Assembly: GCA_041389885.1 (NCBI GenBank)
Contig: JAWKRB010000006.1
Span: forward strand, 131,101 to 195,100
From: Polyangiales bacterium
GTDB taxonomy: Bacteria > Myxococcota_A > Polyangia > Polyangiales > Ga0077539
Direction: 5' to 3'
DNA length: 64,000 nt
In this document: positions 57,531-64,000 of the stretch, one piece after another
Layout: every line of letters begins with the position of its first letter
Position numbering within the stretch: the stretch's first letter is position 1
Program-made: the position numbers and the translations under genes
Notes under the pieces: generated by a model
Databases searched by the model: none
What the model was told of the DNA's origin: nothing
Seen by the model: the letters and a program-made list of their open reading frames with translations, nothing else

Positions 57531-57549
57531 TGCATCGTACCGCGATGCA
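57531..57549. promoter_or_regulatory. candidate MarR operator: perfect 7-bp inverted repeat TGCATCG-N5-CGATGCA
   Basis: Located about 35 bp upstream of the marR start in the divergent marR / RND promoter region. Confidence 0.4.
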
Positions 57550-57582
57550 TTTGTTTCGAGGTGCCGTCTCCGGAGCCCAGAG

Positions 57583-58050
57583 ATGATCGAGCAGCGACTG
57601 GATCGATTGCAGGCGATGATGGAGCGCATGCTCGGGGCGATGCTTCGGCTCGCGCGCCCGCCGTGCAGCGCCGTGGACCTGACGCCGCAGCAGTACATGC
57701 TGCTGAAGCTCCTCGACGACGAGGGTCCCATGAGCCTGAGCGCGATGCGCGAGCGCACGTCGGGCGCGCAGAGCACGCTGAGCGAGACCGTCGCGCGCAT
57801 GGCCCGCACCGGGCTCGTGAGCAAGCGCCGCGACAGCGGAGACCGCCGCGCGGTGCGCGTGGCCATCACGGCGACCGCGCGCACGCTGATGCGGCAGCGC
57901 GCGAAGGAGTTTCGCGCTCGGAGCGAGCTGATCCTCTCGTCGCTCTCGCTGGACGAGCAGGAGCGGTACGTCGAGGCCGTCGAGACCCTCGTGACCCTGA
58001 TTGAGCGCGCCGTCGCCCGCGACGGCGCAAGTGAAGAAGAAAGACGCTGA
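57583..58050 (+). CDS. MarR-family transcriptional regulator
   Basis: Winged helix-turn-helix LTPQQYMLLKLLDDEGPMSLSAMRERTSGAQSTLSETVARMARTGLVSKRRDSGDRRAVRVAIT. Confidence 0.8.
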   Translation: MIEQRLDRLQAMMERMLGAMLRLARPPCSAVDLTPQQYMLLKLLDDEGPMSLSAMRERTSGAQSTLSETVARMARTGLVSKRRDSGDRRAVRVAITATARTLMRQRAKEFRARSELILSSLSLDEQERYVEAVETLVTLIERAVARDGASEEERR

Positions 58051-58053
58051 CGG

Positions 58054-59572
58054 ATGATTCGCTACCGCTCCCGCACCGCCCTGCCGCTCCTCCTGGCGAC
58101 GCTCGTCGCGCCGGCCGCGCAGGCGCAGACCCCCGAGGCCCCTGAGACTCCCGCCCGCCCGTCCGTCGCTCCGCCGCCCCCGCCGGAGCTCCCAGCGGTC
58201 CTGCGCGCCCAGCCGGGCGGCATCACCGCCGACCAGGCCGCCCGGCAGGCGGTCACCACCAGCGCGGCGGTGCGCGCGGCGGGCGCCAACGTCGAAGCGG
58301 CCCACGCGGCGCGCGCCGAGGCGGGCCTGTCGATGATCCCGCAGATCAGCCTGTCGGCGCGGTACACGCGCCTCTCAGAGATCGCGCAGCCGAGGCTGAA
58401 CCTCGGCGGCGGCACCTGCGTCGGCCAGGGGGCGCGCTCTTCTCGCAGCTACCCACGGCGCCGGCGGCGCCCTCGAGTGCCCCGCGGGCTCGATGCTCCC
58501 GCCGAGCAACGGGGGCTTCTCCTTCCCGGTGATCCTCGACAACATCGCCTTCCGGGGCACGGTGACCATCCCGATCACCGACATCCCCCTGCGCCTCGCG
58601 CGGGTCTACGAAGCCGCGGGGCTCACCGAGCAGGCCCGGCGCCTCGACGAGGAGGCCGCGCGCAACACCGCCGCCTCCGAGGCGAGGGTGGCCTACTACG
58701 AGCTGCTCCGCGCGCGCGGCCAGCACGCCGTGGCGACGCAGGGCGTCGAGACCGCCGAGGCGCACCGTCAGGACCTCGCCCGCTTCGTCGAGGTGGGCAC
58801 GGTGGCCCGGGTCGAGCTCATGCGCGTCGAGGCGCTCCTCGCCGACGCGCAGCGCCTCGAGATCGCGGCGCGGCAGGGCGTCGCGATGGCCGAGGCGCAG
58901 CTCCGGCAGCGCCTGCACCTCGAGGGCGACGCGCCGATCCTCCTGGGAGAGTCCCTCGAAGAGATCCCCGCGCCGCCGACGAACCTCGCCGAGCTCATCG
59001 ACCGGGCGTGGCGCAGCCGCCCCGAGATCGCCAGCCTGGAGCGCCAGAGCGGCGCCCTCGACGCGAACCTCGCCGCGACGCGCGCGGGCATCTGGCCGAG
59101 CCTCGCCGGGGTGTTCAACGTCGACATCGCGAACCCCAACCAGCGCTTCATCCCCGCGACGCCCGACTTCAACACCACCTGGGACGCGACGCTGCAGCTC
59201 TCCTGGTCGCCCAACGCGGCCCTGGTGGCGGGGCGCACGGCCTCGCGGCTGGAGTCGCAGCGCGCGGTGCTCCGCGCGAGCATCCAGCAGCTGCGGGAGG
59301 GCTTCGAGATGGAGGTGCGCAGCGCCTACCTCGGCGCGCAGACCGCCGCCGCGAGCGCCGAGGCCGCGCGCCGCCAGCTCCTCGCGGCCGACGAGAGCTA
59401 CCGGGTGCGCCGCGAGCGATTCGCGGTGGGCAGCGCGATCTCGTCCGACCTCACCGACGCGGAGACCGACCTGCTCCGCGCGCGCTTCGCGGTGGTGAAC
59501 GCGCTGGTGGACGCGAGGGAGAGCCTCGCGAGGCTGCGTCGGGCGGTGGGCGAGCGCGAGGTCGAGAACTGA
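58054..59572 (+). CDS. TolC-family outer-membrane efflux protein, with the reading frame disrupted near 58400-58500
   Basis: Signal peptide plus TolC-like N-terminus in frame 1 (58054..~58412). The remainder of a TolC-like protein is in frame 2 (58493..59572, track ORF). Protein-like sequence passes through the third frame in between. Confidence 0.55.
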
Positions 59573-59627
59573 CCCGCGTGGCGGCACCCCGGGCGCCCGC
59601 GTGAGGCGCCCGGGTGCTCCGCTCAGA

Positions 59628-62588
59628 TCACTGGAACTCGACGATCATTTCCTGGCTGGGCGCGCCGCAGGTCTGCGTGTTCACGCCGCCCCAGTTGGGG
59701 TTGCTCCCGCCGATGCAGGGGCGAACGATGTAGCCCGAGGGGCAGTTGTTGCCGCTGCAGGTGCTCGGCGGATTGAGCCAGAGCTCCCCGCTGTAGCGGC
59801 TGCCGCAGAGCGACCAGTTGTTGCCGTCGCAGGCCATGTTGAAGTCGGTGCCGCTGCGGATCGCCGCCGCGAGGCCGTTGACCACGGTGGGGTTGGTGCA
59901 GCTCACACCCGTGGTGTTGAAGGTCCCGCGAATGGTCACGCGGGTGTACGAGTTGGTGAGGGTCGCACGCCAGTCGTTCCAGGCCGTGCACTGGGCGCCG
60001 TCGGAGCCCTGCCCCGACACGAAGCTCTGCTGGTAGCGGTTCGAGGTGACGACGCACGCGCCGTTGGCGCACCGGCCGCTCGAGCACGTGACCCCGCAGG
60101 CGCCGCAGTTGCTGGCGTCGGTCTGGGTGTTGACCTCGCAGCCGTTGCTCGGGTTGTTGTCGCAGTTGCGGAACGCGCCGGTGCACGAGCCGACCGCGCA
60201 CGACCCCGCGGTGCAGGCCGCGACCGCGTTCGCGAGCGTGCAGCGGTTGCCGCACGCGCCGCAGTTGTTGACGTCGGTCCCGCCGTTGACCTCGCAGCCG
60301 TTGGCGGGGTTGTTGTCGCAGTCGCGGAAGGCCCCGGTGCACGCCTGGAGCTGGCACGCGCCGCCGGTGCACGCCGAGGACGCGTTGGCGAGGCTGCAGA
60401 CCCGGCCGCAGGAGCCGCAGTTCGCGGCGCTGGTGTTCGTGTTGACCTCGCAGCCGTTGGCGGGGTTGTTGTCGCAGTCGCGGAAGCCGGCGTTGCACAC
60501 GAAGGAGCAGGCGCCCGCGGCGCAGACCGGCGAGGCGTTCGCCGGCGCGGTGCAGGCCGTGCCGCACAGGCCGCAGTTGCGCGGGTCGCTCTGCGTGCTG
60601 GTGCAGCTCCCGGCGCACTCGGTCAGCCCCGTCGCGCAGGTGGCGCGGCAGACGCCGCCCGAGCAGACCTGGCCCGCGCCGCAGGCGTTCCCGCACGCGC
60701 CGCAGTTCGCCCGGTCGGTCTGGGTGTTGATCTCGCAGCCGTTGAGGGGGCTCATGTCGCAGTTGGCGAAGCCCGTGTTGCAGGTCGTGAGGGCGCACGC
60801 CCCGGCGGTGCAGGCCGAACCGCCGTTCGGAGACTGGCACGCGAAGCCGCAGGCGCCGCAGTTGGTCACGCTGTCGAGGCGGGTCTCGCAGCCGTTGGTC
60901 GCGTTGCCGTCGCAGTCGCCGAAGCCCGCGTCGCACTGAAACGAGCATCGCCCCGCGCAGAAGGGCGTCGCGTTGGCGGGGCGGGCGCAGGCGTTGCCGC
61001 AGGCGCCGCAGTTGGCGGGGTCGTTGGCGAGGTCGCGGCAGCTCCCGCCGCAGTCCGACTGACCGGCGACGCAGGTCGCGACGCAGGTCCCCGCGGCGCA
61101 GCGCTGCCCCGCGCCGCAGGTGTTGCCGCAGGCGCCGCAGTTGGCGTTGTTCGCGCTGGTGTTCACCTCGCAGCCGTTCGCCGGGTTCATGTCGCAGTCG
61201 GCGAAGCCCGCGTTGCACGCCCCGAGGGCGCAGCCCGAGCTCACGCAGGTGCCGCTCGCGTTCGCGAAATTGCACCGCACGCCGCACCCGCCGCAGTTGG
61301 TGAGCCCGTCGAGGGAGGTCTCGCACCCGTTCGACGCGTCGCCGTCGCAGTCGCCGAAGCCGCGGTTGCAGGTGATGCCGCAGGCGCCCGCGGCGCAGAA
61401 CGCGACGCCGTTCGCGGGGGTCGGGCAGGCGTTGCCGCAGCCGCCGCAGGCGGCGACGTCGGTGTTGGGGTCGCGGCAGGTGCCGCCGCAGTTCTGGGTC
61501 CCCATCTGGCAGCTCGCGGCGCAGGCGCCGGCGGAGCAGACCTGCCCCGCGGCGCAGGCCGCGCCGCAGGCGCCGCAGTTGGCGCGGTCGGTCTGGGTGT
61601 CGGTGCAGGCGGTGCCGCACGCGGTCTGTCCCATCGGGCACGAGATCACGCAGGCGCCGGCCTCGCACACCTGCCCCGCGGCGCAGGCCGTGCCGCAGGC
61701 GCCGCAGTTGGCGCGGTCGGTCTGGAGGTTCGCGCACACGCGCGGCCCCGTCATCGGCGCGCAGGTGGTGAGGCCCTGCGAGCAGGTGAGCCCGCAGGCG
61801 CCCATCGAGCAGACCTCGCCGCTGTCGCAGACGTTGCCGCAGGTGCCGCAGTCTCCGCGGTCGGTCTGCGTGTCGACGCATCGACCCGAGCACACCGTCT
61901 GGCCCGTCGGGCAGCGCACCTGGCAGTTGCCCGCCACGCACGCCTCACCGCTCGCGCACGCGCGCCCGCAGCTCCCGCAGTTCTGCGCGTCGTTCTGGGG
62001 GTCGGTGCAGAGCCCGCCGCAGGCCTGCTGCCCCGCGGGGCAGTTCGCGACGCAGGCGCCGCGCTCGCAGATCTGACCCGCCGCGCAGGCCGTGCCGCAG
62101 GCGCCGCAGTTCGTGCGATCGATCTGGGTGTTCGTGCAGAAGCGGTCGCTCCCGCCGTCTCCGCCGCCCGTCGCCGCGCACTGCGCGAGGCCGGGGCCGC
62201 ACTCGAGGGTGCACTGGCCCATCGAGCAGACCAGGCCGGCGCTGCAGGCCGCGCCGCAGGCGCCGCAGTTGCCGCGGTCAGTCTGGAGGTCGACGCAGCG
62301 CCCGGCGCACGCGGCCTGCCCGGTCGGGCACGCGGGCTGGCACATCCCCGCCACGCACACCTCGGCGCGCTGGCACGCGCTCCCGCAGGCGCCGCAGTGG
62401 TCGGGGGAGGCCTGCGTATCGACGCAGGCTCCTCCGCAGGCGGTCTGCCCCGCGGTGCAGCTCACGTCGAGGGACGCGTCCATGCCGCCGTCCGAAGAAG
62501 TGCCGCCGACGACCGCGGAGTCTGTGCATCCCGCCGCGAACATCGCGGCGGCGAGTATCCAAGCGCATCTCAGTCTCATGAACCTCAC
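59628..62588 (-). CDS. giant cysteine-rich repeat lipoprotein (986 aa) with two alternating repeat types (NCGxCGxxC and DCDxNxxNGCE) and a distinct C-terminal domain
   Basis: Lipobox AAMFAAGC. About 20 NCGxCG-type repeats interleaved in the second half with (F/G)xDCDxNPxNGCE repeats. The C-terminal approximately 150 aa is unrelated to the C-terminal domain of the 47-51 kb pair. Confidence 0.75.
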   Translation of the reverse strand: MRFMRLRCAWILAAAMFAAGCTDSAVVGGTSSDGGMDASLDVSCTAGQTACGGACVDTQASPDHCGACGSACQRAEVCVAGMCQPACPTGQAACAGRCVDLQTDRGNCGACGAACSAGLVCSMGQCTLECGPGLAQCAATGGGDGGSDRFCTNTQIDRTNCGACGTACAAGQICERGACVANCPAGQQACGGLCTDPQNDAQNCGSCGRACASGEACVAGNCQVRCPTGQTVCSGRCVDTQTDRGDCGTCGNVCDSGEVCSMGACGLTCSQGLTTCAPMTGPRVCANLQTDRANCGACGTACAAGQVCEAGACVISCPMGQTACGTACTDTQTDRANCGACGAACAAGQVCSAGACAASCQMGTQNCGGTCRDPNTDVAACGGCGNACPTPANGVAFCAAGACGITCNRGFGDCDGDASNGCETSLDGLTNCGGCGVRCNFANASGTCVSSGCALGACNAGFADCDMNPANGCEVNTSANNANCGACGNTCGAGQRCAAGTCVATCVAGQSDCGGSCRDLANDPANCGACGNACARPANATPFCAGRCSFQCDAGFGDCDGNATNGCETRLDSVTNCGACGFACQSPNGGSACTAGACALTTCNTGFANCDMSPLNGCEINTQTDRANCGACGNACGAGQVCSGGVCRATCATGLTECAGSCTSTQSDPRNCGLCGTACTAPANASPVCAAGACSFVCNAGFRDCDNNPANGCEVNTNTSAANCGSCGRVCSLANASSACTGGACQLQACTGAFRDCDNNPANGCEVNGGTDVNNCGACGNRCTLANAVAACTAGSCAVGSCTGAFRNCDNNPSNGCEVNTQTDASNCGACGVTCSSGRCANGACVVTSNRYQQSFVSGQGSDGAQCTAWNDWRATLTNSYTRVTIRGTFNTTGVSCTNPTVVNGLAAAIRSGTDFNMACDGNNWSLCGSRYSGELWLNPPSTCSGNNCPSGYIVRPCIGGSNPNWGGVNTQTCGAPSQEMIVEFQ

Positions 62589-62646
62589 CTCAGCGTGGGT
62601 AGAGGTGGAGTTGACCAGAGCGCTCGGCGGCTCACAAGGCGCGCGG

Positions 62647-64000
62647 TCAGCGACGCTTCGCGAAGACCTCGGCGAAGCCCGTGTGGTAGCGACCCGCCGC
62701 GAATTCTTCGCTGCGGATCACGCCGCGCAAGAACGCGAGGTTGGTCACCAACGGCGCGACCTTCGTGGCCTCGAGGGCCGCGTGCAGCCGGTCGATGGCC
62801 TCGGCGCGGGTCTCTCCCCGCGCGATCACCTTCGCGATCATCGGGTCGTAGTACGGCGTGACCTTGCCCGGCGCGCGCACGCCCTCGTCGACGCGCACGC
62901 CTTCGCCCGAGGGCCACGCGAGCTCGGCGATGTCGCCGGGCTTCGGGATGAACCCCTTGGCCGGATCCTCGGCGTAGACCCGCGCCTCGATGGCGTGGCC
63001 CGTCGAGGTCGCCGCGAGGAGCTCCGGCGCGAGGGCCTCGCCCGAGGCCACGCGGAGCTGGTGCTCGACGAGGTCGAGCCCGAAGGCCATCTCCGTGACC
63101 GGGTGCTCGACCTGGATGCGGCAGTTCATCTCGAGGAAGTAGAACTCCTCGCGCTCGGAGTCCCAGATGAACTCGCAGGTGCCCGCGCCGACGTAGCCCG
63201 CGGCCTTCGAGATGCGCACGGCGGCGTCGAGGATCTCGCGGCGGTGCCGCGCTCCGTCGGCGCTCAGCGCGAAGGCGGGCGCGGGAGACTCCTCGACGAT
63301 CTTCTGGTGACGCCGCTGCAGCGAGCACTCGCGCTCTCCGAGGGCCACGACGTTGCCGTGGGCGTCGCCGAAGATCTGCACCTCGATGTGCCGCGGGTTC
63401 TGGACGTAGCGCTCGATGTAGACCCGCCCGTCGCCGAAGGCCTGCGCGCCGCGGTCGGCGCAGCTCTTGAGGGCGCGCTCGAGGGAGGCGTCGTCCTTCA
63501 CGACCTGCATCCCGATGCCGCCGCCACCGCCCACGGCCTTTACCAGCGAAGGATATCCCGTGCTCGCGACGGCGGCGCGGGCCTCGTCGAGGGTCTCGAT
63601 GGGACCGTCGGTGCCCGGCACCGGCGCAACGCCAGCCTCCAGCGCCGTGCGCCGAGACTTCAGCTTGTCGCCCAGGCGGTCGAGGACCTCCGGGGGAGGG
63701 CCGATCCACACCAGCCCCGCGTCGCGCACGGCGCGGGCGAAATGGCTCTTCTCGCTGAGCAGCCCGTATCCGGGGTGCACCGCCTCGACGCCGTGCTTGC
63801 GCGCCGCGGCGAGCACCGCGTCGGCGTTGAGGTACGACTCCTTCACGGACGCGGGGCCGATCAGCTCGCTCACGTCCATCTCGCCTGGGTGCAGCGCCTC
63901 GGCGTCGGCCTCGGAGTGCACGCCGACGGCGAGGACGCCCAGTCGCCGACAGGTCCGCGCCACACGCGCGGCGATCTCGCCACGGTTCGCGATGAGGATC
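62647..64000 (-). CDS. accC: biotin carboxylase (acetyl-CoA carboxylase subunit AccC); the N-terminus lies beyond the window end
   Basis: ATP-grasp motifs (GGGGIGM, EMNCRIQVEHPVTE). The reverse complement of the window end encodes ILIANRGEIAARV, the canonical AccC N-terminus. Stop at 62647. Confidence 0.85.
   Translation of the reverse strand, partial: ILIANRGEIAARVARTCRRLGVLAVGVHSEADAEALHPGEMDVSELIGPASVKESYLNADAVLAAARKHGVEAVHPGYGLLSEKSHFARAVRDAGLVWIGPPPEVLDRLGDKLKSRRTALEAGVAPVPGTDGPIETLDEARAAVASTGYPSLVKAVGGGGGIGMQVVKDDASLERALKSCADRGAQAFGDGRVYIERYVQNPRHIEVQIFGDAHGNVVALGERECSLQRRHQKIVEESPAPAFALSADGARHRREILDAAVRISKAAGYVGAGTCEFIWDSEREEFYFLEMNCRIQVEHPVTEMAFGLDLVEHQLRVASGEALAPELLAATSTGHAIEARVYAEDPAKGFIPKPGDIAELAWPSGEGVRVDEGVRAPGKVTPYYDPMIAKVIARGETRAEAIDRLHAALEATKVAPLVTNLAFLRGVIRSEEFAAGRYHTGFAEVFAKRR

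Noticed and set aside
59601-62861. Plus-strand 1086-aa ORF over the minus-strand cysteine-rich lipoprotein
   Set aside because: Ala/Gly/Arg low-complexity translation. The minus-strand gene has a lipobox and a regular Cys spacing.

Overview
This is a high-GC (about 70%) window with dense coding on both strands and no rRNA, tRNA, CRISPR or obvious mobile elements. The gene content points to a myxobacterium (Myxococcales): a MYXO-CTERM-like C-terminal sorting tail, many lipoproteins, FHA and PilZ domain proteins, a sigma-54 enhancer-binding protein, and giant cysteine-rich repeat proteins. Most of the long opposite-strand ORFs in the supplied track are GC artefacts and are not reported. The window does not contain an obvious defence or toxin system.

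Housekeeping blocks include:
- a trans-sulfuration PLP enzyme;
- an MFE-2-like multidomain enzyme (SDR + MaoC hydratase + three SCP2 domains) followed by an SCPx-type thiolase;
- tsaD, then rsfS and rlmH, hflX and hrpB;
- accA;
- a complete isc operon (MerR-type regulator, iscS, iscU, iscA, hscB, hscA, fdx);
- a divergent sigma-54 activator next to ahpC and ahpD;
- hemW;
- a MarR regulator divergent from an RND efflux pair, with a TolC-like outer-membrane gene on the other side of marR;
- accC, which runs off the right edge.

The most unusual content is a family of four paralogous secreted cysteine-rich repeat proteins built on an NCGxCGxxC motif. One copy is a 5'-partial gene at the left edge, two are adjacent at 47.1-51.6 kb, and one is on the minus strand at 59.6-62.6 kb. 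Three of the four share an uncharacterised C-terminal domain of about 200 aa. Other unusual items:
- an RsfS (ribosome silencing factor) fused to a long Lys/Ala-rich histone-H1/AlgP-like repeat tail, with a frame break in the repeats;
- a small Tat-signal repeat protein divergent from a JmjC/cupin oxygenase across an AT-rich island;
- a glycoside-hydrolase-like MYXO-CTERM protein translationally coupled to a polytopic membrane protein;
- three genes with apparent frame disruptions.

Coordinates follow the supplied ORF track. The printed sequence appears to drop an occasional base (the line starting at 11281 has 59 printed bases), so hand-counted regulatory sites may be off by 1 nt.
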